Part shown: positions 38,106 to 47,831 of the stretch, piece by piece
Position numbering within the stretch: the stretch's first letter is position 1
How the letters are laid out: every line of letters begins with the position of its first letter
The notes under the pieces: generated by a model
What the model was told of the DNA's origin: nothing
Database searches by the model: none
The model's input: the letters and a program-made list of their open reading frames with translations, nothing else
Program-made: the position numbers and the translations under genes
Source: a virus
Lineage: Duplodnaviria; Caudoviricetes
DNA length: 60,420 nucleotides
Virus record (IMG/VR): IMGVR_UViG_3300027762_000011
Coordinates: 1-60,420 of that record
Direction: 5' to 3' (one strand)

Positions 38106-40066
38106 TAGGTATACGCCAAATCTAAAAGTATTTTTTTATCGATAAAACTATTTAACGAACTATCAATCCCAAAAGTTTGAGGTTGGGTAAAAACTTGTGG
38201 CGAAGAAGGCTCAGAATTCTGTTGCGGGTATATGAATGGGACAACGTAAGATGGTGCTTCCTCAGGTTGAGATATTCTATCGAAAATTGAAGGTTTAGGT
38301 TTAGGTTGAATTTGAACTGGTGTTGGTTTTGGTGTAGGACCAACCTCGCTTGGAGCAGATCCTGGAGCACCATGAGAAACCGTTACTCCACCAGATCCAA
38401 TAATTTCTGCTTCTCTACCATAACCTCCTCTCCAATAAACGGATCCAACAGCAAATGGAAATTTTACTTTAGATCCTGGTTGAGATGGGAATGTTGGTTT
38501 AGTATTTGGATTATGTTCCTGAATATCAATTCCGGGACTAGATCTTTGTGCATGAAGTTGTTGGTCACGAAGAATTTGAGATCTTAAAATACTATCATTT
38601 TTACTTGCTGGACTAATTTGACTATAATTGGTCAAATACACTGTAGATCCTCTTGCGTGCATCGCTTTTATTGCCTGAAAAGCAACTTCACGAATTCTTG
38701 CCAATCCTTCTGCACTATAATTTGGATTTTTTAAATCGATATGAAAGTGAGTTGCATATGTAGTTTCTCCAGATGCACCAGATCCACCTTGAATAAATCC
38801 TCCAGGTCCGGTTTGTGGAATTAATTGAGTTGTTCCTCTTGGTGGTGTTGGTTCTGGTCTTGATGTTGGTGGTTTTACTGGAGCAGGTAAGTTAAAAGGT
38901 GCTGGACCACCTGTTCTGATTGGGTCTCCTCTACTTGGATCTGTAAGAAATTGATTATCTCCAAGTCCTCCACGCCAAGCAGTTCCCGGAAGACGACCAT
39001 TTGGATTATTTGAAGGAGATGCTCTAAATTCTAAAGCACCACCAACAAATTTTGCAGAATTTGCCTGTAATGATGGATTTTGAATATCGCTAATAATTTT
39101 TAGTAAAGAGTCTTTACTTTGACCAGACCATTTTGCAGCATCTTCTAAGGTTTGAATTTTTCTAAATTCTTTTGGACCACCAGGTCTTTTCCATACACCT
39201 TGAAATTGAGATCTATTTACACTTTCACCAGCAGCAAGAATTTCGGTATATGTTGCTCCATATTTACCAGTTGCTTTTCGGTTTACAACTACTTGCATCA
39301 TATCAACTGTAGACTGTGATCCAGATCCCTCTGTAGAAAGTGCTGCTGCTATACGATACATTTCTGGACTATTTGATGCTGGAAGACCAGAAGGTTGAGA
39401 ATAATCAGTATTAAGTGGTGGTGCTCCTGATCCTTCAAGAGGTTCCATTAATGGAGTTGTAATTAACTTTAATGCTTCATCAAAAGACATTCCCATTCCA
39501 GAAAAAGAATCTTGTAAGTTTTTCATAGCACCTTCAACTCTATTTTGACTATCCCTAAAATCAAATGATGAAAAGTTTTGGGCATATGCACTCAAAACAT
39601 CATTAAATGCAGATAAAACTCTCCCACTATTTGGTAGAAATCTTCCCAATATTTGGGTTAATTTTAAAACTCTCGCAACCAATTCTTGTGCCATTCCAGA
39701 AATTGAAGGTAAATTATAGACTAACCACCCAGCCATAATTGTACCAGCAAAATTTAATATCCTACTCGTAAAACTTTCACCAACACTAGACAATGCTCTA
39801 GATGGAGCACTGAAAACTGAACCTATCTTAGATAATTCAATAATACCTTCTTGTTTTTTTCTTCTTACAGATTCAACTTTTCTTTTATATAATATAGAAT
39901 CTGACACAATAGCACGTTTTTTTATATTTGATCTTTCATTTATATTTTTGCCAATCTTTGCAGTATATACATTTGTTCTATTCAATCCTTCGTTAAGAGA
40001 AAAGAATCCCCTAGTTATATTTTTTACATTAATAAAAGATTTATAGATTAAATTTGATGTTGCCAT
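38105..40066 (-). CDS. Virion/tail protein with SleB-like cell-wall hydrolase and possible M23-like domain
   Basis: IAAALSTEG...QVVVNR...Y..TYTEIL...QFQG; H..R..GIDI...GGYG...SHG. Confidence 0.6.
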   Translation of the reverse strand: MATSNLIYKSFINVKNITRGFFSLNEGLNRTNVYTAKIGKNINERSNIKKRAIVSDSILYKRKVESVRRKKQEGIIELSKIGSVFSAPSRALSSVGESFTSRILNFAGTIMAGWLVYNLPSISGMAQELVARVLKLTQILGRFLPNSGRVLSAFNDVLSAYAQNFSSFDFRDSQNRVEGAMKNLQDSFSGMGMSFDEALKLITTPLMEPLEGSGAPPLNTDYSQPSGLPASNSPEMYRIAAALSTEGSGSQSTVDMMQVVVNRKATGKYGATYTEILAAGESVNRSQFQGVWKRPGGPKEFRKIQTLEDAAKWSGQSKDSLLKIISDIQNPSLQANSAKFVGGALEFRASPSNNPNGRLPGTAWRGGLGDNQFLTDPSRGDPIRTGGPAPFNLPAPVKPPTSRPEPTPPRGTTQLIPQTGPGGFIQGGSGASGETTYATHFHIDLKNPNYSAEGLARIREVAFQAIKAMHARGSTVYLTNYSQISPASKNDSILRSQILRDQQLHAQRSSPGIDIQEHNPNTKPTFPSQPGSKVKFPFAVGSVYWRGGYGREAEIIGSGGVTVSHGAPGSAPSEVGPTPKPTPVQIQPKPKPSIFDRISQPEEAPSYVVPFIYPQQNSEPSSPQVFTQPQTFGIDSSLNSFIDKKILLDLAYT

Positions 40067-40067
40067 G

Positions 40068-41711
40068 TTATATTATGTTATAATGTACTTTTGAATACAA
40101 AATATAAAAATTATCCGAATTGGATGAAGGAATAGCAGGAACATCATTACTTCCAATTGTAGAACTAGTATTTGAGGAAGTATTTTGTTGCGGTTGTGGA
40201 ACTGGAGCAATTACAATATTGGGTTGAGATTTTGCCAGTGGACCTACGGAAACCTCTCTTTTTGGTATATTCTCAACAAATGATTTTTCTGATTTTAAAA
40301 ATATAAATTCTTCTTTTGGTGATTCAGAAACGTATTGTGAATAATAATTTTCTACTTTTGGATCATTAGTCTGGTTCAATACTGAAGACATATTCATAAG
40401 AGATGTTTTTTCTTCAGTATTAGACTCTGAAAATACTTTATTAATATTTGTTATTTGATCACTAAAACTGACCGAAAGGTTTTCTGTTGGGGTTATGCTT
40501 TCTGCAATTTTTTCGGATTGTTGTTGTATTTTTTGGGGATTAATTATTGGAGTTTGTGCTTGGGAAATAGTAGATGGAGTGTTTTTGTCTTGGATTGAAC
40601 TTGAAATATCTAATGAATTAGTTAAAGGAACTAATGGTTTTATTTCTATATTTTTATTTGGAGAGTTAAACTCTGGGTTATCAGTCAAATTATCCTTATT
40701 AGGAATAAAATTATTAGAAAAAGATTGATTAACGTATAAAAAGTCTGAAGATTGTGGTGTAAAACTTGAAGAAATTTGATCTGGAGAATTTTGATTCCTA
40801 ATCATTTCTTCCGTCGTTCCTGGAGAACGACCAAAAAGATTATCTAATATTGCACTACTTTGTGGGTTTACTGGACTTTTATCTACAAGATCAGGACCTG
40901 GTTCTGAAGCAGGGGTTGTTGAGTTATTGTTTTGATTCGGAGAATTATTTGATGATTGATTTTGGTTCTGGTTCTGATTTTGGTTTTCTTTATCATTTCC
41001 AGATAATCCAAAAAATGATTTAAATGGGTTTATAATTAATCCTTCTGCAACAGATTTGCCAATTTTTCCAGATATTCCCAAAATAGTATTAGAAATGTCA
41101 TTAAATCCGTTTCTAAGATTTAAAAACACGTTTTCTGCTATAGAAAAATCTCCAGTTACATTTTGGCGAATTTGATTTAATCTATCAATATTTCCAGTAA
41201 TTAGAGATTGTAAAGAAGATATTCCTTGATATCCTAACCAACCTAAAAATAATTTAGAAAAAACTCCCATTAAAGAGCTTAATTCTGATGTTGTTTTTTC
41301 TGCAACATTAGAAACTGTTGGAGTTAAAGAAGAATCTATTTTTCTTTCTATGGCAGATTCAGATTCATCTCTGAGTGCTTGTTCTGCTAATCTTCTTTCT
41401 TGATCTCTTCTTTGATTTTCTCTAAAATTTTCAAGTGCATTATCATTAATAATAACATTTGATAATGCACCCAAAGATGCTGTAAGAGAATCAATTCTCT
41501 GTCTAAGAGATACAATTCCATCAGATACGACATTTAAAGAAGATTGATTTGCTTCTAAAACTTCTAATGTCTGTGGATCTGGTTTAGGTGTTTGATATTG
41601 CGAAAAGGGGTTTTGAGAAAGAATAAGAGATCTATCACCATTTAATCCCGAGGATGCACCGGATATTTGGATTCTATTTTCTTTAGAAAGTGGTGATGAG
41701 ATCTCAACCAT
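40068..41711 (-). CDS. Tape-measure/hub-associated structural protein (low-complexity C-half)
   Basis: Coiled-coil N-half; position right after gp26/gp51. Confidence 0.55.
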   Translation of the reverse strand: MVEISSPLSKENRIQISGASSGLNGDRSLILSQNPFSQYQTPKPDPQTLEVLEANQSSLNVVSDGIVSLRQRIDSLTASLGALSNVIINDNALENFRENQRRDQERRLAEQALRDESESAIERKIDSSLTPTVSNVAEKTTSELSSLMGVFSKLFLGWLGYQGISSLQSLITGNIDRLNQIRQNVTGDFSIAENVFLNLRNGFNDISNTILGISGKIGKSVAEGLIINPFKSFFGLSGNDKENQNQNQNQNQSSNNSPNQNNNSTTPASEPGPDLVDKSPVNPQSSAILDNLFGRSPGTTEEMIRNQNSPDQISSSFTPQSSDFLYVNQSFSNNFIPNKDNLTDNPEFNSPNKNIEIKPLVPLTNSLDISSSIQDKNTPSTISQAQTPIINPQKIQQQSEKIAESITPTENLSVSFSDQITNINKVFSESNTEEKTSLMNMSSVLNQTNDPKVENYYSQYVSESPKEEFIFLKSEKSFVENIPKREVSVGPLAKSQPNIVIAPVPQPQQNTSSNTSSTIGSNDVPAIPSSNSDNFYILYSKVHYNII

Positions 41712-41877
41712 TTATTTTATTTTTTAGATTTTCCTCTTCTATGAATTGTTGGAGAAAAGAAAGATAAACTTCTCTTTCCCAAGGTATCATATTTTCTAGT
41801 TCTGTCAAACTATATTTATGATGTTGAACCAGAGCAAAATTAACTTTATAATATGACGCAAGATCTTCATGCGCCAT
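41704..41877 (-). CDS. gp51: Baseplate hub assembly protein gp51 (57 aa, not in ORF track)
   Basis: MAHEDLASYYKVNFALVQHHKYSLTELENMIPWEREVYLSFLQQFIEEEN. Confidence 0.9.
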   Translation of the reverse strand: MAHEDLASYYKVNFALVQHHKYSLTELENMIPWEREVYLSFLQQFIEEENLKNKING

Positions 41878-41879
41878 TG

Positions 41880-42599
41880 CTATGCGAAAAAATCAGTTAA
41901 TCCTTCCAGAGTTACTTCATTTTCAACTTTAGTACTTGGATTTACAAATTTTATAGTGTGAGAAAGTTTTGGCATAGTTTCAAAAAACTTTTCAATCTGT
42001 TTAAATTGATTTGATGAGAGTTGCTCAAGAAACTCTATCAGTTCTTTTTTACTACAATCAGAAGAAGTCCAAGATTCTTCTTCGGAATAAACCTGCTCAA
42101 CACAAGAACAAATTAAATCAAAAGTTTCATCAATAGTTACATTACTCATATTGATAAAATTATTCTTAATAAATTCATTCATAGAAGGATATTTCATTCT
42201 TAAAGTAAGATTATCATCAAGTTTAATATCTCTACTATGCTGTTTACTAGTCTTAACTTCAATATCATCTAGGTTGATTTCAATAGGAATTTTTGTTTCC
42301 CCATCATCTGGGCAAGTTACAAGAACTTCAACAGTTTCTCCAACTGATTTTCCACGAATATTTAAAAACAAATATTCAATATCAAAAGTCGCAAGATTTT
42401 CTACCTTAATACCCTTTGTTACAATACAATTAGATATTACGGTTTTAACTGCATTTGCTATTTGCTTTGGATCCTCACTCTCCATAGCAATAATAAGAAT
42501 TTTTTCTTCTTTTACAAGAAAAGGTCTATATGTAATTTTTTTTCTTGTCGAAGGTATTTCCAACTCATAAGTTGGTGTGGCAATTGTTGGTAAAGGCAT
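41880..42599 (-). CDS. gp26: Baseplate hub assembly chaperone gp26
   Basis: MPLPTIATPTYEL...YRPFLVKEEKIL...DIEYLFLNIRGKSVGE...LEGLTDFF. Confidence 0.92.
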   Translation of the reverse strand: MPLPTIATPTYELEIPSTRKKITYRPFLVKEEKILIIAMESEDPKQIANAVKTVISNCIVTKGIKVENLATFDIEYLFLNIRGKSVGETVEVLVTCPDDGETKIPIEINLDDIEVKTSKQHSRDIKLDDNLTLRMKYPSMNEFIKNNFINMSNVTIDETFDLICSCVEQVYSEEESWTSSDCSKKELIEFLEQLSSNQFKQIEKFFETMPKLSHTIKFVNPSTKVENEVTLEGLTDFFA

Positions 42600-42627
42600 A
42601 ATAACCTATAAAATTCAGTATAGTTAT

Positions 42628-43374
42628 TTATCTTACTATTATTGGATTAACGTTTCCTGGTTGAGTTATAACAGGTCGTACTCCACTTTCATTTCCAAGT
42701 GATTGACCAGTTCTATATTTAACTCCGGGATTAGGGGTTCTATTTATTACATTATTAAAATTGATATTGTTAAAGAAATCAATACTTGATATTGGTCCAC
42801 AAACGTATCTATCAAAATTAAAAGTTGCGCTTGCTTTTAATATATTCGATGTATCATAAGAAACTCCAATATTATTTAATGATATAGGGAATAACCCAAA
42901 AAAAGTATATTCAATTTCTGATTTATAATCTCTATCAAATTTTATAATTCTTGTGCGATTAGTTTTATATTCTGATGGATATTTCATTCTAAAGAAATAA
43001 CCATCTTTACCTGGATTTACTTGAGATCCACTTGATATGAATTCCATCCAATGCTCTAAAAATTTAACTGTGCGATATTCACTATCAACGTAAAATTCCA
43101 AATCAATCTGAGTGAATTGGCGAGTATGTGCCATTTTCTCAACTACACCAGTAAAGTTTCCCACAATATCAGCAGTTGCAAATGAACTTCCTGGTAAAGA
43201 TGCAGAGGAACAAAGTAAACCAATATTTTCAGTAATGAAAAAAGGATCAACTCCCCTGTCAAGTAAGTATTTTCTTACTGGATAAGGAACATCCATTATA
43301 ACTTGATAATGAGATGTTTGAGCAAGATTTGTTAGAGTATTTTTAAATCTTGATATTGGTCTCTTTATAGGCAC
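42628..43374 (-). CDS. Tail tube-family protein (gp54/gp19-like)
   Basis: LLCSSASLPGS...IDLEFYVD...FLEHWMEFI...YP..YK...LFPISL. Confidence 0.75.
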   Translation of the reverse strand: MPIKRPISRFKNTLTNLAQTSHYQVIMDVPYPVRKYLLDRGVDPFFITENIGLLCSSASLPGSSFATADIVGNFTGVVEKMAHTRQFTQIDLEFYVDSEYRTVKFLEHWMEFISSGSQVNPGKDGYFFRMKYPSEYKTNRTRIIKFDRDYKSEIEYTFFGLFPISLNNIGVSYDTSNILKASATFNFDRYVCGPISSIDFFNNINFNNVINRTPNPGVKYRTGQSLGNESGVRPVITQPGNVNPIIVR

Positions 43375-43375
43375 T

Positions 43376-43414
43376 CTAAATACCTTTAATAGGTTTTATT
43401 ATGTAATTATTTAG
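43376..43414. promoter_or_regulatory. Overlapping late promoters for the divergent tail and gp4 operons
   Basis: CTAAATA on + at 43376-43382 and on - at 43408-43414. Confidence 0.6.
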
Positions 43415-43855
43415 ATGTCATACAAAGGAAAATACAAACTAAAAAATCCACAAAAATATAAGGGTGATCCAACGCAAGTTGTTTGGAGATCGTTGTGGGA
43501 AAGAAAGTATATGAAATACTTAGATTTTAACGATAACATTTTAGAATGGTCTAGTGAAGAAATATTCATATGGTATAGATCTCCAATAGATAATAAACCC
43601 CATAGATATTTTCCAGACTTTTATGTCAAAGAGCAAATGTTTGATGGGTCTATTCAAAAATATTTGGTAGAAATAAAACCATATAAACAATTATCCCCAC
43701 CTAAAGAACCTAGGAAAAAAACAAAATCATATATATCCGAAGTAATGGAATATGCTAAAAACCAATCAAAGTGGGAATATGCAAGAGAATGGTGTAAAGA
43801 TAGGCAGTATGGATTTAAAATTCTCACAGAAAACGAATTAAATATAAGATATTAA
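43415..43855 (+). CDS. gp4: Head completion nuclease gp4
   Basis: YKGKY..KNP.KYKGDP..V.WRSLWER...HRYFPDF...VEIKP...NQSKW. Confidence 0.92.
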   Translation: MSYKGKYKLKNPQKYKGDPTQVVWRSLWERKYMKYLDFNDNILEWSSEEIFIWYRSPIDNKPHRYFPDFYVKEQMFDGSIQKYLVEIKPYKQLSPPKEPRKKTKSYISEVMEYAKNQSKWEYAREWCKDRQYGFKILTENELNIRY

Positions 43856-43857
43856 AA

Positions 43858-44256
43858 ATGCCAAGAAAAACTTTAAAAGAAAGGCGAGCAAAAACTTCAG
43901 ATACAAAAAGAAACAGAATTCGTAACCTTCATAATGATCTTATAGGAAATGAAAGTTCTGACGATCTAATGTTAAAAATATTAGAAGTTCTTACCGAAAC
44001 CGAATTAGTTCCAAGAGTTGGTGGTTATTATGTATTTGTGTATTTTCCAAAAACACCTAATATAGAATATGACGTTCATCCCTTCGTAGCAGTAACTGAT
44101 ATTTTTAGATGGGGATTTCGGGGAATTAATTTTCACTGGGGAGAAGTACGCCAATATACTTGGGGAGAAATTGTTGGATCCTTACATAAAGTATATCCAG
44201 AAGAAATAAAAGACTTACAGTCTATTCCTTTTGCAAAATTTAGAATAAATAATTAA
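43858..44256 (+). CDS. gp2: DNA end protector gp2-like
   Basis: YVFVYFPKTP...YDVHP.V...GFRGINFHW. Confidence 0.75.
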   Translation: MPRKTLKERRAKTSDTKRNRIRNLHNDLIGNESSDDLMLKILEVLTETELVPRVGGYYVFVYFPKTPNIEYDVHPFVAVTDIFRWGFRGINFHWGEVRQYTWGEIVGSLHKVYPEEIKDLQSIPFAKFRINN

Positions 44257-44270
44257 AAATATTACTATAA

Positions 44271-45293
44271 ATGCCTCTCGCAGTCGGTACACCAGTAACA
44301 GGTAATATTGATTATGCTTCCTCTGCACCAAATGTTAAACCAATAACAAATTATACTGATAATAGTGGAAGTGCAAGTCTAACAAATGCCCCCAAAAATA
44401 GTCTTCCTTTAAGGTATCCAAATGCTCAGTTGGAAGATACCACAGATTGGCTTGAAATAAAAGTAGTACAATATAGACCTCCGGGGTTTGGCACTCAAAC
44501 AGGAACAGTTAGATTTGGAACAGGAACTGCTGCTGTAAGAAATAAAGAATCTGGATCAATTAAAAACCCTATACGTTATATTCACCTTCCCATACCAAAA
44601 CAATTATCTGATGGAAACTCTGTTGATTGGGGTGCAGACAGATTAGATCCCCTTTCTGGAATGGGTGCCGCTGCAATTGAAGGATTAATTAAAAATCCAG
44701 CAAATATTGGAAGCATATTACAAAATGCTTACAATAGTACAGTAGGTACTGTTCAAACTGGGGAAGGACAAAAGGCAGTAACAGTTGGAGTAACAAATAA
44801 AATTCTTAATAGTCTTGGAGCAAATGTTTCAACTTCAAGTATTTTAGGAAGAACTACGGGAACTATAACAAATCCAAACTTAGAATTACTTTTTAATAGT
44901 GTAAACTTAAGAGAATTTATGTTTACCTTTGATTTTTCTCCAAGAGATTCTTATGAAGGTGAAATAGTTAAACAAATTATCAGAACATTTAAAAAGTCCA
45001 TGTCCGCAAAAACAAGTGTTTTTGGTGGTCCTGGTGCTGGTTTATTAATTAGTGCTCCGGATGTTTTTGAGTTAAAATTTAAAAGTGGAAGCAAAAATCA
45101 CCCATTCTTAAACGTATTCAAAACATGTGCATTACTTGATATTAGATTAGATTATACTGCATCTGGAAATTATTCAACATATTCTAACGGTACTCCAGTA
45201 CATATCAGTATGTCTCTTACATTTAAAGAATTGAATCCCATTTATGCAGAAGATTACGATTCAGCAGATGCTGGATCAGGAGTAGGATACTAA
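44271..45293 (+). CDS. gp48: Baseplate tail-tube cap gp48
   Basis: LRYP...IHLPIP...NPNLELLFNSVNLREF.F.F.F.P...LTFKEL. Confidence 0.88.
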   Translation: MPLAVGTPVTGNIDYASSAPNVKPITNYTDNSGSASLTNAPKNSLPLRYPNAQLEDTTDWLEIKVVQYRPPGFGTQTGTVRFGTGTAAVRNKESGSIKNPIRYIHLPIPKQLSDGNSVDWGADRLDPLSGMGAAAIEGLIKNPANIGSILQNAYNSTVGTVQTGEGQKAVTVGVTNKILNSLGANVSTSSILGRTTGTITNPNLELLFNSVNLREFMFTFDFSPRDSYEGEIVKQIIRTFKKSMSAKTSVFGGPGAGLLISAPDVFELKFKSGSKNHPFLNVFKTCALLDIRLDYTASGNYSTYSNGTPVHISMSLTFKELNPIYAEDYDSADAGSGVGY

Positions 45294-45294
45294 A

Positions 45295-45945
45295 ATGAGT
45301 TACTTTAGAGAACTACCAGATATTGAGTATCAATCTCAATTATTAACTAAAAATTCTTCTTTAAATTATGTAAGAGTCAAAAACCTTTTCCGTAGAGTTA
45401 AACTTCGTGATGACTTACAAAATGTTTTTACTCTATTCAATAAGTATCAAATCAAAGATGGCGAAAGACCAGACACAATTGCAGAAAATTTATATGGATC
45501 TTCGGATTTAGATTGGGTTGTTTTACTTTCAGCAAACATTACAAATGTTAGAAATTCATGGCCACTATCGGATAGAGATCTTTACAATTTTACTGAAGAA
45601 AAATATGGTCTTAATCAAATGTATGAAGTAAAATATTATCAAACAACTGAAGTCAAAAATTCAAACGGTATTTTAATTTTACCTGCGGGAAAAGTAGTTG
45701 ATAGAACATTTACTATACCAAATCCAGATAACCCCAATATAACATTAAATCCTGTTACTGGTATATCTTTTTATGATTATGAAATTGAAAAAAATAATAA
45801 AAAAAGAACAATTTATATACTAAAAACACAATACTTGCAACAATATCTAAATGATATTCGCTCAATTATGTACTATGAAAAATCTTCACAATACATTAAT
45901 ACTAAATTAATAAAAACCGAAAATACTTTAAATACACTACCATAA
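45295..45945 (+). CDS. gp53: Baseplate wedge gp53
   Basis: MSYFRELP...GERPDTIA..LYG..DLDWVVLL.ANI...WPL. Confidence 0.9.
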   Translation: MSYFRELPDIEYQSQLLTKNSSLNYVRVKNLFRRVKLRDDLQNVFTLFNKYQIKDGERPDTIAENLYGSSDLDWVVLLSANITNVRNSWPLSDRDLYNFTEEKYGLNQMYEVKYYQTTEVKNSNGILILPAGKVVDRTFTIPNPDNPNITLNPVTGISFYDYEIEKNNKKRTIYILKTQYLQQYLNDIRSIMYYEKSSQYINTKLIKTENTLNTLP

Positions 45946-46524
45946 GAGTTCTAAATTCTTATCAAAAACCATCACATATCGGTGTTTGCGGGAGCGTTCT
46001 TTCCATTCTCCTGCAGCACCTTTAACTTTGCCTCTAGAGTGTTTAGTTCCGTCTGCATAGTAGAAATCTTTCTTTGGGTCTGAAAGTCCACAATACTTAA
46101 AGTTACAAGCGCGATAGATTGTACCATCATGGAAATTACTATCAGCGTAAGAGATGATTGCTTTAACTTCTGTATCCTTCCGTAACTGTCTAATCGCTCT
46201 TGAAACAAACCAAGAAGTGATATTATATTCGGTTCCTTGGGTTTCAGGGTGTATGCAAAGTCGTGAAAGTTCAAAGAGTCCTTCTTGCTCATTTCGTTCT
46301 AATCCAAATGCTCCTTGTGCGATTTCGGGAACAGGAAGTCCAGTAAAGATACAAACTCCCTGAATACCACCAATATTCAAAGGGCAAAAGTCGTTGCCCC
46401 TATATAAACCGTAGTTATATCCACTCTTAAATCCCTTTGAAAAGTCCTTAAGATAATGAAACCGCAGAAGTAACTCTGCGGCTTCGGATTTACTTACACG
46501 GTTAATGTAGTAATCTGTTTTCAA
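45937..46524 (-). CDS. Mom-like (GNAT-fold) DNA modification protein
   Basis: HYL...GVCIF...ELSRLCI...SWFVSRAIR.L...IISYAD...HDGTIYRACNF.Y.G...KHRY. Confidence 0.72.
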   Translation of the reverse strand: MKTDYYINRVSKSEAAELLLRFHYLKDFSKGFKSGYNYGLYRGNDFCPLNIGGIQGVCIFTGLPVPEIAQGAFGLERNEQEGLFELSRLCIHPETQGTEYNITSWFVSRAIRQLRKDTEVKAIISYADSNFHDGTIYRACNFKYCGLSDPKKDFYYADGTKHSRGKVKGAAGEWKERSRKHRYVMVFDKNLELLW

Positions 46525-47438
46525 TCTTCGGCAAGGCGGGCGAAGTAAGAAAGAGCATCATCATCTTCATCCTCTTCTACTGTAGGACGACGAGTGGGTT
46601 TCAGATTGTTGAGTTCCGAACGAAGATCATCATCAAGATCTTTTACAGGACCACGAGTGTATTCTTCTTCAGACTCAACTTCCTCATCAATACGAGCATT
46701 TTTAGCACCGAGAACAGAACTCAAACGCTTCTTCAGTTCTTCATAAGTCTTAAACTCACTAGGAGACATGAAATCTGCAAGAGAGTATTGCTTCTTCCAG
46801 ATTGCTTCAAGTGCATCATCATCATCCAGAAGAGCACTTTGAGAGGCAAATTCACTGGAATCATAATTACGATAACCAGCAACGTTCTTTGCCTTCAGTT
46901 TGAAGTTTGCACCTTGCCAGAAGTCAAAGGGATCAATAGGAGATTCATCTTCAAATTCAGGTTGCATTGCTTCGGTAATCTTATCGAAGATTTTCTTACC
47001 GTATTTGAAGAGAAACACTTTACCCTCATTCTCAGGGTTAGAAGGATCCTTCACCACATAGATGTTAGACACATATGTCAGTTTACGCTTCTGTTTGCGG
47101 GCAACTTCTTTACCAGCATCAGTACCATTGTTCCAGAGACCAGAGTTATGCTCACAAACGGGGCACTTTTGATTAATGCTTGTTAGGCAGTTGTCAATCA
47201 ACCAACCACCAGGACCTTGGAATGCGTGAGAATAAACCTTAACGAAAGGAAGATCTTCACCATCGGGAGCAGGAAGGAATCGGATTACTGCATATCCATT
47301 CCCACTCTTATCGCAGTCTAACTTCCATACACGCTCATCGGAAGAACTGCCAGAATTATTCATTTTTTCTACTTCTTTCACCAGTTTTTCGGTGAGAGAA
47401 CCAAGTTTAGATTGCTTTTTAAGATCAGCAAATGCCAT
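46521..47438 (-). CDS. gp32: Single-stranded DNA-binding protein gp32
   Basis: DKSGNGYAVIRFLPA...HAFQGPGGW...CPVC...KYGKKIFDKI...PFDFWQGANFKLK; acidic tail. Confidence 0.97.
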   Translation of the reverse strand: MAFADLKKQSKLGSLTEKLVKEVEKMNNSGSSSDERVWKLDCDKSGNGYAVIRFLPAPDGEDLPFVKVYSHAFQGPGGWLIDNCLTSINQKCPVCEHNSGLWNNGTDAGKEVARKQKRKLTYVSNIYVVKDPSNPENEGKVFLFKYGKKIFDKITEAMQPEFEDESPIDPFDFWQGANFKLKAKNVAGYRNYDSSEFASQSALLDDDDALEAIWKKQYSLADFMSPSEFKTYEELKKRLSSVLGAKNARIDEEVESEEEYTRGPVKDLDDDLRSELNNLKPTRRPTVEEDEDDDALSYFARLAED

Positions 47439-47480
47439 TTAGATACCTCGGATAGTTTGGATTCGGGGGATTACTCGGAT

Positions 47481-47509
47481 AGTATAACAGGATTCGGAGG
47501 ATCAGTCAA
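47481..47509 (-). promoter_or_regulatory. Sigma70-type promoter for gp32
   Basis: TTGACT-N17-TATACT. Confidence 0.8.
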
Positions 47510-47831
47510 GGTACTTCTTGAGGGATTCAATCGTTTTTGTCATACTAGTGAATAAAACTTGCATATCAGTTTCTGGGGAAAAACCCATAATTGCAACTGA
47601 TTTGCGAAGATTCTCTTTCATCTCAACCGCTTGTGGGTCGTCTGAGAGAGATAACCTAGTATACATCACTCTTTGCTTTTCTAGCAAGAGGGACAGTTTT
47701 TCAATGTGTTCCAATTTGGTTTCGCGGTCCATCATACCGAAAGTAAGAATACTTCCGTAAATATTTTCTTGTAACTTATTAATTTCTTTCAGTTCTTCCT
47801 GAATAATATCAGAATCAAAAAAGTTACTCAT
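47502..47831 (-). CDS. DUF1825-like cyanophage protein
   Basis: MSNFFDSDIIQEEL...LLEKQRVMYTRLSLSDDP; start trimmed. Confidence 0.75.
   Translation of the reverse strand: MSNFFDSDIIQEELKEINKLQENIYGSILTFGMMDRETKLEHIEKLSLLLEKQRVMYTRLSLSDDPQAVEMKENLRKSVAIMGFSPETDMQVLFTSMTKTIESLKKYLD

Noticed and set aside
47439-47480. gp32 autoregulatory leader structure (repeated ATCCGA)
   Set aside because: No convincing pseudoknot could be drawn by eye.
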